From contig DATBDN010000004.1 of assembly GCA_036269895.1 (NCBI GenBank), positions 4,759 to 68,758 on the forward strand: a stretch of DNA of 64,000 nt, read 5' to 3'. The DNA comes from Thermoleophilaceae bacterium. Lineage in GTDB: Bacteria > Actinomycetota > Thermoleophilia > Solirubrobacterales > Thermoleophilaceae. This document shows positions 1-7,260 of the stretch, piece after piece; the stretch's first letter is position 1, and each line of letters starts with the position of its first letter. A model generated the notes under the pieces. It searched no databases. It was not told the origin of the DNA and worked only from the letters and a program-made list of their open reading frames with translations. The position numbers and the translations under genes are program-made.

Positions 1-357
1 CGCCAGATGGACCCGGATGCATGACTCGTAATCCATCACCGTCGAGGTCGCGAGCTGGCGACGGCGGCAGTCGCGGATGAACTCCGTGCCGGCTTCCGCG
101 AGCGTCACGCGCTCGGCTACGGGCGGTGGGGCCGCCGTCTGGATTAGTTCCCGCAGGCGCTTCTCGGCTTGGACGCGGGTCAGCCCCTCGCGAGATCCGA
201 CAGCACGCTTAGGACCGAGCGCACGACGAACGACGCGCCCGTCGACCCGAACCTGCCCGTACCACGTCTCGCCGCCGCGGGCGTTGCGCCGGGTCCAGAG
301 CGACCCGCTGCCGTAACCCCTCGCTGTGCCGCCGCGCCTGGCCGTCACGAGCCACAT
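1..357 (-). CDS. int: Tyrosine recombinase / phage-type integrase, N-terminal part (gene runs off the left edge)
   Basis: Own translation of the minus strand from ATG at 355-357: MWLVTARRGGTARGYGSGSLWTRRNARGGETWYGQVRVDGRVVRRALGPK..GLTRVQAEKRLRELI..VTLAEAGTEFIRDCRRRQLATSTVMDYESCIRVHLA. This looks like an integrase arm plus core-binding region. It is absent from the ORF track because there is no stop inside the window. It lies 45 bp downstream of xis. Confidence 0.7.
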   Translation of the reverse strand, partial: MWLVTARRGGTARGYGSGSLWTRRNARGGETWYGQVRVDGRVVRRALGPKRAVGSREGLTRVQAEKRLRELIQTAAPPPVAERVTLAEAGTEFIRDCRRRQLATSTVMDYESCIRVHLA

Positions 358-402
358 CGTGCGGGCCGCCTGGCGAGACCGCCAGCAGTTGTCGCAGAGT
401 TG

Positions 403-609
403 TTACACACCGCGCGCGTACGCCCGGGCGCCTCGCGCCGGCGCCTCGATCTCTGCGATCCAGGCCTCGATCGCGTCGCGCCGGTAGCGGCGGTAGCGGC
501 CGAGCGTGACGGTCGGGATCCGCCCGCGACGCGACTGCTCGTACACCCACGAGGTGGGAACGCCAAGCAGCGTCGCCACCTCTCCGGCGGTGAGCAAGGA
601 AGGGCTCAC
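403..609 (-). CDS. xis: Excisionase-family helix-turn-helix DNA-binding protein
   Basis: 68 aa: LLTAGEVATLLGVPTSWVYEQSRRGRIPTVTLGRYRRYRRDAIEAWI matches the excisionase/MerR-like HTH_17 pattern. It sits directly upstream of int on the same strand. Confidence 0.8.
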   Translation of the reverse strand: MSPSLLTAGEVATLLGVPTSWVYEQSRRGRIPTVTLGRYRRYRRDAIEAWIAEIEAPARGARAYARGV

Positions 610-872
610 ACGCTCTCCTTTGCCGCCGAACGCGAGCGCGCACCGTGCCAGGTCACACGACTCAGCGCGACGCGCGCCGGGTCCCAGATGGTTACATGCG
701 GCGTGAAGACGAGCTCGTCTTTGCTGAGGCCCCGAGCGGTCGCGTAGCCCTCGTAGCCCTTGACCTCGATGTAGGCGATGTCGCCCGGTCTGATGTCGAG
801 GTTGCCGCGGCGCCGCCCGATCCTTCGCGAGCTACTTCTCACCGGACGAATGACTTCGCTGATCGTCGCCAT
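606..872 (-). CDS. Hypothetical 88-aa protein, translationally coupled to xis
   Basis: Internal ATG (MATISEVIRPV..) is preceded by GGAAAGG. Its stop TGA overlaps the xis GTG start (GTGA at 606-609). The longer track ORF (to 1094) has an Arg/Pro-rich, non-coding-looking N-terminus. Confidence 0.45.
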   Translation of the reverse strand: MATISEVIRPVRSSSRRIGRRRGNLDIRPGDIAYIEVKGYEGYATARGLSKDELVFTPHVTIWDPARVALSRVTWHGARSRSAAKESV

Positions 873-1399
873 GGTCACCTTTCCGGCACCACTCACGGGC
901 GGCACCTTGTCGGGGGTCAGGACTAGGTCGTGTGTGGCCCTCACCTCCTCGACGCCTCGTGGCGCCGGGGGTGCCCTCGCCCCTAGAGCGAGTGGTCGGG
1001 ACCGCAAGAGTCCCGGCCGAGCCGAACCGCGCGGTCTCGTCCCGCGCGTCTTAGGAGCCCGCCGGCCGGTCGCCACCCTCGGCTGTTCACCCACCCCGGC
1101 TGGCCGGTCTATCGCCCGCGCCGGGGGGCCTGCGGCCGCGGAGCTCCGCTGTGGCGAAATGCGCTGGGGCGCGGCACGGCTTGCTCCTGCAGAGCACTGG
1201 CCGACTTCACGGCTCTGCGCGCCTCCGCAGGCGACTTGTCACTCTCGGGAATTGCGCGACGCCTGCGCGGCTGCTGCTTTCCACTGCTGACCGTGACTTG
1301 CAGCCCATCGGTCTCCGGCTTGTGCCTGTCGGTCTCTGACGCGTGCTTCTTCGGCAGGGCCGGCTTGCGCTGCTGGCCACGCGCACAAGCCTTACCGGG

Positions 1400-1617
1400 C
1401 TAATGCTCGTTCGTGCTTCTTCTGTCTTCTTGTTCGTCGTTTGGCTTTTTCGTTTCGGGTCGACGCGCTTCTTGGCTTCTTAGAATTTCTGTCTTTGTGT
1501 TTCTTGTGTCTTGATCAATTTCTTGACCTTTGACATCTGGAATATTCAGTTGCTGCTCTCTGTCTCTGTTTGTCTCTTTGTCTCTGTAGTTCTTCTCGAC
1601 AACCACATCGATCTCTT
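1400..1617. other. Anomalous low-GC (~40-47%), T/C-skewed segment inside a ~70% GC region
   Basis: Hand counts of 60-nt blocks give 24-28 G+C. The plus strand is almost all pyrimidine. It contains short direct repeats (TGTCTCT at 1561-1567, 1571-1577, 1579-1585) and several TTCTTG units. Confidence 0.8.
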
Positions 1618-1708
1618 CCGCTCCCGCCGATCCGACCCCGGTTCCCCACCTTGTGTGGGGGGGCGGGGTCGGATCGGCGGGAGCGGACCACCAGCGCTGA
1701 TTCGCCAC
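1400..1708 (-). CDS. Questionable ORF encoding a highly charged low-complexity peptide
   Basis: 102-aa track ORF (..VVVEKNYRDKETNRDREQQLNIPDVKGQEIDQDTRNTKTEILRSQEARRPETKKPNDEQEDRRSTNEH). It uses AT-rich codons (AGA, ACA, AAA, GAA) that are atypical for this genome. Its N-terminal part is read through the 23-bp hairpin. Confidence 0.2.
   Translation of the reverse strand: MANQRWWSAPADPTPPPHTRWGTGVGSAGAEEIDVVVEKNYRDKETNRDREQQLNIPDVKGQEIDQDTRNTKTEILRSQEARRPETKKPNDEQEDRRSTNEH
1618..1686. repeat. Perfect 23-bp inverted repeat with a nested 6-bp stem in the loop
   Basis: CCGCTCCCGCCGATCCGACCCCG (1618-1640) is the exact reverse complement of CGGGGTCGGATCGGCGGGAGCGG (1664-1686). The loop contains CCCCAC (1644-1649) and GTGGGG (1655-1660). 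There is no T-tract on either side. Confidence 0.9.
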
Positions 1709-1998
1709 CGAAACCCCCAGCGCGGCGCTGGGGCGCCAACTGGGGGTCTAGGTAGCCCGCGGAGAAACGCCTCGCGACCGAGAGCCCTGGCCTCCACGAG
1801 GCCAGGCCCGAAACCGGCTGTGCAAGTCCGGGTCGTCAACTCCGCCGCCCGGTGACTTCGGACTCGCCGAGAAGCCGGGATGCCACGTTGAGCGACGGAG
1901 TTGCAATGGGCTGGGGGCGACCCCGGTCGAGCAAGAGGACCTCAAGCGGATGGCGGCGGGAGGTCACCATCCTCCTGAGCCGCCAGTCGTGCGCGTCG

Positions 1999-2328
1999 CT
2001 AGCCCAACTGAACGACGGCGGTACGCCCGTCGGCGGACAGTGCGAGCGCACCGACCGCCGACCCGACTCCGGGTTCGAAGACGGTTTCACCTCGCTGACT
2101 GCCGCCATAGGTCCCGCGATAGCGGAACCGAAGCCCGGTCTCGTCGTGTAATTGTATGTTCGAGAACAGCTCTCGTCCCACGCGAACGGTCTCCGGGAGG
2201 TCATCGGTGCCGTTCGGAAGCCGCCACTGAATACGCACGCGCGCCTCCTCGAGGACCATCGCATCCACGACGAGGCGGCCGAGTTCGAGCGGCGGGTTGA
2301 GATCGACCTGCATGTCACGTGGATTCAT
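1999..2328 (-). CDS. Hypothetical 109-aa protein, translationally coupled to the giant surface protein
   Basis: ATG overlaps the stop of the 2325..6713 gene (ATGA, 2325-2328). Third-position GC is high and the amino-acid composition is balanced. I recognise no family. Confidence 0.55.
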   Translation of the reverse strand: MNPRDMQVDLNPPLELGRLVVDAMVLEEARVRIQWRLPNGTDDLPETVRVGRELFSNIQLHDETGLRFRYRGTYGGSQRGETVFEPGVGSAVGALALSADGRTAVVQLG

Positions 2329-5300
2329 GGCTTCTCCACCCCCTCCTTACAAGCGACATCGCCGACGGGTTCGGGTTCTTCCCCGCCCTCGATGTACGCC
2401 TTTACTTCCCACGTGACGCAATCCCGGTCTCCCAGAACTACGTTCACGTTGTCCGAGTAAAACGCCGGTCCGCAATGCTGTGTATTAGTACACGACCAAT
2501 CCGGCGGCGGGGGACTCGGCGTGCTCTCTACCTTCTCTATGAAGAAGCGGATCCTGATAAAGCTCGCCGGCTGGTCGCAGTCAACGGTCGCACCAAGAAT
2601 CAACAACCACTCATCACCGGACGGTGCCAGATCTTCGCCGCCCTCCGTCGACAGAGTGCAATGGTTCGGGTCCTCCTGCAAGTTGTCCCGCGTGTTCCAA
2701 GATCCGCAGAAACTTAGGCTTCCGCTTAGCACGGTCGTCTGACTACCGGGGCGGTTCACGCGAAGGAAACAGATCCGAGTGGTCCCAGACCCTTGATCCT
2801 TGGTGAGCAGGCCGTGGTTCACAAGCGCGGCCAGTTCGGGTCCGCTGCCCGTATCCATTGCGCCAGCCTCGGACCGGGCTCGGAATGTGCCAACGTTAGA
2901 AACGATCGCTCCTGTCAGACCCTGCAGCGCCCCGGAAGACCACGTCAGGTCTCCCCGATTGACTAACCATCTGCGGTTAAGCGTGACACTCCCACCAGTT
3001 GGCCCGCCGATCGTTCCGGTGTTCGTCGGGCATAACACCGTCTTGCCCGTGCCCGACATCGTTCCGCCGGTCCAATACAGCGAGCCGCAGATGTCGAGCT
3101 CGGCTGAACCCGTGAGCGCCCCCGAGAACAGTTTCAGGTTCCGCAGGGTCGAGGCCGTGGATGTCCCCTCGAGATCGAGCGTGCCGCCGTTGATCGCGAT
3201 GTTGCCGTCCGGCGCGTCGAGCGTCACCGTGGAGATCGTCCCGCTATCGATGTCGATCTCGCCGTCGCCGTATGTCCTCAGCGAAGCGGGAGCGAGACAC
3301 TGGTCGGGCGTCATCCCGAAGGTGAGCACGCCGCCCGCCTGCCAGGCCCCAGTCGGGCTCGTTAACGAGCACTGCGGGTCGTAGAGGCTTTCAATACCGA
3401 GCGCGCCGGCCTCGACGTCGACCGTGCCATGATTGTCGACCGGGATCTTGACGGTCGTCGTCGACGCGTCGCTCTTGCGCAAGGTCCCGGTGATGTGCAA
3501 CCGAGGGAGCGGGCCGCTCGGGTAGACGTCGAGGGCGTTGCCAGAGCCGTTCAGAGTGAACGTCCCCGGGTCGTCGATCAACGCCGCCTTGTCGGCCAGG
3601 ATCTGCCCGCCCGTGTAGGTCAGCGTGCCCTGGTTGCGGAAGGTGGCGCCGTCGATCGAGAGCGTGCCGCCGGAGACGGTGGCAGTCGCCGTCGGAGCGA
3701 CGATCAGCGTGGCGCCGGGGTATGCGGTCATCCAGGCGCCCGAACCGACGGCGTCGAGCCGGCTCGCGACCGTGAGCGGCCCGGCGCCGCCGAAGCCGCC
3801 GCCGCGCCAGGTCAGCGAGTCGACCGTCGAACCGGTCTGCGCGTCGGTAAGGGTGAGGAAAGGCGCGTTGACGTTCGCCTCGAGCGCGCCGCCATGGATC
3901 GAGCCGGCGGTCGCGTCGCCGCCGTCGAAGAGCATGTGGCCGATGAGCTGCGCCGACTGGCCGAGGTAGAACGAGCCGCCGTTGAAATCGACGGTCGCGC
4001 CCGACTCCGCCTGCCATGAGCCGCCGGCCGGCTGGCCGGCGCCGCCGCCGCCCTTAAAGCGGAGCGTGCCGGTCTGGGCATCGATCGTGCCCGTGCCCTC
4101 GTTGTCGACCGCGAACTCGACCGTCGTCGTCGCGCCGCCCTGGCTCTTGCGGATCACGCCAGTGTTGCGCAGCTGCGGGCGTGTGCCGCTCGGGTAGTAC
4201 CAGAGCGCGGTTCCCTCACCGTTCAGAACGAGCGTCCCGGAGTTGTCGAGCAGCCCGGCGTTGTCGCCGGCGATCTGCCCGCCCGTGTAGGTCAGCGTGC
4301 CCTGGTTGCGGAAGGTGGCGCCGTCGATCGAGAGCGTGCCGCCGGAGACGGTGGCAGTCGCCGTCGGAGCGACGATCAGCGTGGCGCCGGGGTATGCGGT
4401 CATCCAGGCGCTGCCATCGCCGAGCGCGCGGAGTTGACTCGTGATCGTCAACGTGCCCGCGACGGAGATTCCGCCGCCGTGCCAGGTCAGGGAGCCAACG
4501 GTCGAGGCCGTCTGTGAGTCGGCGAGCGTGAGCGCCGTGCCGTGGCTTGAGACGTCGAGGGCGGCAGCGCCGCCGAGCGAGCCGGCCGTGGCCCCGTCGC
4601 CGACGTAGATCGTGGCGCCGTCGGCCGCGCACGCGCGGTCGCTCGAGCCCGGCGCGCGGCTCGCCGACCAGTTCCCCGCAGTCGTCCACTGGCCGTCGCC
4701 GGCGCGGCCGTTCCAGACATCGGTGCAGCTGCCGGCTGCCGCCGGGGCGACGACGCCCGAGGCGGCGCTGGTCGCCGAGACGCCGGCGGGCGAAGCCGAG
4801 TTCGAAGCGGTCACGACCGCGCGCAGCGTGTTGCCGACGTCGGCCGCGACGACGACGTAGGTCGTCTTGGTCGCACCGGCGATGTCGGCGCAGCTCGCCC
4901 CGCTCGCGTCGCAGCGGCGCCACTGGTAGCTGTAGGTCTGCGGCGTCGTCCCGCCCCAGGCGCCGCGGTGGACGATCGTCGTCTGGCCCTGCTCGGGCGT
5001 GCCGACGAGCGTCGGCAGCCGGGTATTGACAGGAGCCGCGGCTCCGACGACCGCCGTGGCGGCGGAGCTCGCCGTCGTCGAGCCGCCGGAGTTGGCGGCG
5101 GTGACGGCCAGGCGCAGCGTCCCGCCGACATCGGCCGAGACGAGCACGTACGTCGAGCTGGTCGCGCCGGCGATGTCGGCGCAGCTCGCGCCGCCGGAGT
5201 CGCAACGGCGCCACTGGTAGGCATATGAGATCGGCGCGGCGCCGGACCAGCTGCCGGCGTCGCCCGTGAGCGTCTGGCCATCCTGCGCGCCGCCTGAGAT

Positions 5301-6713
5301 CGTCGGCGACGAGTTATTGGTCGGCGCGCCGCCGGTCACGACCGCGCTCGCCGGTGACGGCTTGTTGGCGGAGCCGGCGACGTTGCTGGCGCTGACGACG
5401 ACGCGCACGGTCTGGCCGACGTCGGCGCCGGCGACCGCATAGGTGTCTTGGGTCGCGCCAGTGATGTCGGCGCAGCCCGCGCCGCCGGAATCGCAGCGCT
5501 GCCACTGGTAGGCGTAGCTGAGCGGGGTCGTACCGCTCCAGCTGCCCTTGTCGGCGGTCAGCGTCTGGCCGGCCGCCGCGGTCCCTGCTAGCGACGGCGC
5601 CGCCGTGTTGGCGGGCGCCGTGCCGGCAACGGTCGCCGTCTGCCCCGAGGTCGCCGTCGAGTTGCCGGCGCTGTTCGTGCCCTTGACCTTTACCTGCAGC
5701 TTCTGGCCGACGTCCGGGCTCGTCAGCGCGTAGGTCGCGCCGGTGGCGCCGGAAACGTCGGCGCAGTTTGCGCCGGCTGAGTCGCAGCGCTGCCACTGGT
5801 AGCCGAACGTGATCGGGCTGAGCCCCGACCAGCTGCCGTCCGAGGTCGTCAGCATCTGGCCGTCCTGCGCCGTTCCCGTCAGCTGCGGCAGCGCCGTGTT
5901 GACCGGGAAGTTGGCGGCGTTCCAGTGCGCCTCGATCTGGGCGGCGCTGAGCGCGCTCGTGTAGAAGGCGACGTTCGAGAGCGAGCCCGCGAAGAGCGGG
6001 TCGCTCGTCGAGCGCGACTTACCGAGCCAACTGTTGGTCGTCGCGCCGAGCGTCGCCGGGTTGATCGTGGCGCCGCTCTGGCTCGCCGCGAGCGCGCCGT
6101 CGACGTAGAGGCGCAGCGTGCCGGCGCTGTCCTCGGTAACGGCGAGGTAGTGCCAGGCGCCAGCGGCGAGCGTCGTCGTGTCGACACTGAAGACGGTGCT
6201 CGAGCTCGAGCGGATCTCGAAGCGCAGCGGGTGATTGGTCGCCGTCGAGGCCGGCGTCAGGAACATGTAGCTCGTGTTCGACGAGCCGAAGTAGAAGACG
6301 CGCTGGTTGTACGAGGCGCCGCCGGTCCAGTTGACCCAGGCCTCGGCGCTGAAGGCGCTCGCGCCAGACAAGGGCGTTGACGGGATCGTCGCCACCGAGC
6401 TCGAGCCGTTGAAGCTCCCGGCCTTCGAGCCGCCGAACGGCCCGGCGCCGCCGAGCGTGATCGCGGTGTTGGTGGCGTTGCGGGTGCCGGCTGAATCGCT
6501 GAGGGTCGTGGCGCCGGCCGCCTCGTCGAAGCGGTACTGGGTCGCGGGACTGTCGCCCGCGACTGTGGTCTCGTAGGTCGTGTAGGGCTCGACCGGGCCG
6601 GACGCTGTCGCGGCGACGACGGCGAGCAAGGCGACGGCGAGGGCGGTAGCGAGGCCGAGCTTGCGCGTCCGTGCGAGCGCAGCCGTCAGCGTCCGGCGAA
6701 GACCAGCGAGCAT
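2325..6713 (-). CDS. 1462-aa secreted/anchored multidomain protein: N-terminal signal/TM, LamG (concanavalin-A-like) domain, 4 Ig-like repeats, repeated beta-helix-like modules, Cys-rich C-terminal domain
   Basis: Hydrophobic LGLATALAVALLAVVAATASG lies near the N-terminus. The LamG_3-like segment is FNGSSS..AEAWVNW..WHYLAVTEDSAGTLRLYVDGAL..GSLSNVAFY. Four ~95-aa repeats carry G.WSG..P..Y.YQW.RCD..G..C.DI.GAT..TY. Gly/Thr-rich ~160-aa modules are duplicated at 224-aa spacing. Confidence 0.9.
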   Translation of the reverse strand: MLAGLRRTLTAALARTRKLGLATALAVALLAVVAATASGPVEPYTTYETTVAGDSPATQYRFDEAAGATTLSDSAGTRNATNTAITLGGAGPFGGSKAGSFNGSSSVATIPSTPLSGASAFSAEAWVNWTGGASYNQRVFYFGSSNTSYMFLTPASTATNHPLRFEIRSSSSTVFSVDTTTLAAGAWHYLAVTEDSAGTLRLYVDGALAASQSGATINPATLGATTNSWLGKSRSTSDPLFAGSLSNVAFYTSALSAAQIEAHWNAANFPVNTALPQLTGTAQDGQMLTTSDGSWSGLSPITFGYQWQRCDSAGANCADVSGATGATYALTSPDVGQKLQVKVKGTNSAGNSTATSGQTATVAGTAPANTAAPSLAGTAAAGQTLTADKGSWSGTTPLSYAYQWQRCDSGGAGCADITGATQDTYAVAGADVGQTVRVVVSASNVAGSANKPSPASAVVTGGAPTNNSSPTISGGAQDGQTLTGDAGSWSGAAPISYAYQWRRCDSGGASCADIAGATSSTYVLVSADVGGTLRLAVTAANSGGSTTASSAATAVVGAAAPVNTRLPTLVGTPEQGQTTIVHRGAWGGTTPQTYSYQWRRCDASGASCADIAGATKTTYVVVAADVGNTLRAVVTASNSASPAGVSATSAASGVVAPAAAGSCTDVWNGRAGDGQWTTAGNWSASRAPGSSDRACAADGATIYVGDGATAGSLGGAAALDVSSHGTALTLADSQTASTVGSLTWHGGGISVAGTLTITSQLRALGDGSAWMTAYPGATLIVAPTATATVSGGTLSIDGATFRNQGTLTYTGGQIAGDNAGLLDNSGTLVLNGEGTALWYYPSGTRPQLRNTGVIRKSQGGATTTVEFAVDNEGTGTIDAQTGTLRFKGGGGAGQPAGGSWQAESGATVDFNGGSFYLGQSAQLIGHMLFDGGDATAGSIHGGALEANVNAPFLTLTDAQTGSTVDSLTWRGGGFGGAGPLTVASRLDAVGSGAWMTAYPGATLIVAPTATATVSGGTLSIDGATFRNQGTLTYTGGQILADKAALIDDPGTFTLNGSGNALDVYPSGPLPRLHITGTLRKSDASTTTVKIPVDNHGTVDVEAGALGIESLYDPQCSLTSPTGAWQAGGVLTFGMTPDQCLAPASLRTYGDGEIDIDSGTISTVTLDAPDGNIAINGGTLDLEGTSTASTLRNLKLFSGALTGSAELDICGSLYWTGGTMSGTGKTVLCPTNTGTIGGPTGGSVTLNRRWLVNRGDLTWSSGALQGLTGAIVSNVGTFRARSEAGAMDTGSGPELAALVNHGLLTKDQGSGTTRICFLRVNRPGSQTTVLSGSLSFCGSWNTRDNLQEDPNHCTLSTEGGEDLAPSGDEWLLILGATVDCDQPASFIRIRFFIEKVESTPSPPPPDWSCTNTQHCGPAFYSDNVNVVLGDRDCVTWEVKAYIEGGEEPEPVGDVACKEGVEKP
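3600..3739 (-). repeat. Copy 1 of a 140-bp perfect intragenic direct repeat
   Basis: Identical to 4272-4411. The offset is 672 bp (224 codons). It encodes ..AWMTAYPGATLIVAPTATATVSGGTLSIDGATFRNQGTLTYTGGQI in both copies. Confidence 0.9.
4272..4411 (-). repeat. Copy 2 of the 140-bp perfect intragenic direct repeat
   Basis: Same 140 nt as 3600-3739. The flanking module sequence is clearly diverged. Confidence 0.9.
4749..5894 (-). repeat. Four tandem Ig-like coding repeats (aa ~274-655 of the giant protein)
   Basis: Protein-level repeats each contain SWSG..P..Y.YQW.RCD..GA.CADI.GAT..TY.....DVG..L...V.A.N. Confidence 0.8.
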
Positions 6714-6979
6714 CCAAGCCCTCCTCGGTGCGGGACGGCCGCGGGCAGCCGCCGCAAGTCCAGATTCCGTCCCCGGCGCACCGAAAACGGATGATCTGTC
6801 GACGGTAACACCAGACGACGCGGTGTGGCATTTTTTGGGTAAGCAGCTTGTCTAGTGGGCGAACCCCGCCGCGCCGCGCGACGGACCAGGTGTCGCGTCG
6901 GACTTGGGCCGAGGCTCGGGGGCCACAATCCGATGCAGACGCAAGTGTCCGGTCATTGGCCGCCGATCTGTGCGACCTC

Positions 6980-7030
6980 TGGAAGCAGGCCCGGCAGGAT
7001 TCGAACCTGCAGACCTAGGGACTAGGAGCG
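6980..7030 (-). pseudogene. tRNA-like 3' fragment (T-arm, acceptor 3' strand, hairpin resembling a variable arm); no 5' half
   Basis: Minus strand reads ..CCTAGTCCCTAGGTCTGCAGGTTCGAATCCTGCCGGGCCTGCTTCCA, with a canonical GCAGG-TTCGAAT-CCTGC T-arm. No complementary 5' acceptor strand or foldable anticodon arm lies within 100 nt. Confidence 0.4.
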
Positions 7031-7057
7031 CCTCACTTCGAAGTCCGCGTTCCGAGA

Positions 7058-7079
7058 ATCGATGTCATATCGATGTCAC
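7058..7079. repeat. Tandem 11-bp direct repeat ATCGATGTCA(T/C) x2
   Basis: ATCGATGTCA occurs at 7058-7067 and at 7069-7078. Confidence 0.7.
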
Positions 7080-7108
7080 GCCGGAGCACCGAACAGCTGG
7101 ACCGAACG

Positions 7109-7134
7109 AAAAAACCCCGCCGTAGCGGGGCTTT
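7109..7134 (-). terminator. Intrinsic terminator downstream of tRNA-His
   Basis: Minus strand is GCCCCGC-TACG-GCGGGG followed by TTTTTT (stem 7115-7120 / 7125-7130, A-run 7109-7114 on the plus strand). Confidence 0.75.
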
Positions 7135-7140
7135 ACGAGG

Positions 7141-7214
7141 GGTGAGCGAGGGGACTCGAACCCCCGACCGCCTGGACCACAACCAGGAGCTCTACCAGCT
7201 GAGCTACGCCCACC
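7141..7214 (-). tRNA. trnH: tRNA-His (anticodon GTG), CCA not encoded
   Basis: Minus strand is G(-1)GTGGGCG TAGCTCAGCTGGTAGAGC T CCTGG-TTGTGGT-CCAGG .. GGGGGTTCGAGTCCCC(T) CGCTCAC C. It has the extra 5' G paired with discriminator C, and the acceptor, D, anticodon and T arms all fold. Confidence 0.9.
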
Positions 7215-7260
7215 AAGCGGGGCCGAAGTCTAGCCCGGCCCCGCCCGGCGTTCGTAACAG

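Noticed and set aside
1087-1103. TCACCC-ACCCC-GGCTGG in the island as a tenth regulon site.
   Set aside because: The right half matches only 3 of 6 bases. The site is not upstream of a credible gene and lies in unrelated mobile DNA.
1561-1585. Short direct repeats (TGTCTCT x3) as a CRISPR or minisatellite array.
   Set aside because: The units are only 7 nt with irregular 1-3 nt spacers, and there are no cas genes. They fit low-complexity pyrimidine-rich sequence better.
1110-1708. The frame of the charged 102-aa ORF stays open for about 95 more codons after its TAG at 1400-1402. This could be a disrupted ~200-aa gene.
   Set aside because: Both halves are low-complexity and match no family. 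The composition changes abruptly at the stop (40% versus 70% GC). There is no start or ribosome-binding-site evidence, so this is most likely coincidence.
3391-5281. Long track ORFs inside and antisense to the giant gene (for example 3391..4017, 4216..5214, 4811..5281, 3429..4019). Similar shadow ORFs overlie most real genes in the window.
   Set aside because: Their translations are Arg/Pro/Ala-rich and match no family. They overlap a frame that has clear domain structure. Stop-free alternative frames are expected at about 70% GC.
2325-6713. Calling the giant protein an Rhs/LXG/T7SS-type polymorphic toxin or an autotransporter.
   Set aside because: I saw no YD repeats, LXG or WXG domains, PAAR, or a beta-barrel translocator. 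Only the cassette-like layout of the C-terminus is suggestive, and it is reported as a hypothesis.
6980-7090. A second functional tRNA, possibly class II or tRNA-Sec, or the 3' end of tmRNA.
   Set aside because: Only the T-arm and 3' acceptor strand are present. I could find no complementary 5' acceptor strand and no foldable anticodon arm (the ACTTCGAAGT segment has no loop). The acceptor does not match the tmRNA GGGGCUG/CAGCCCC pairing.
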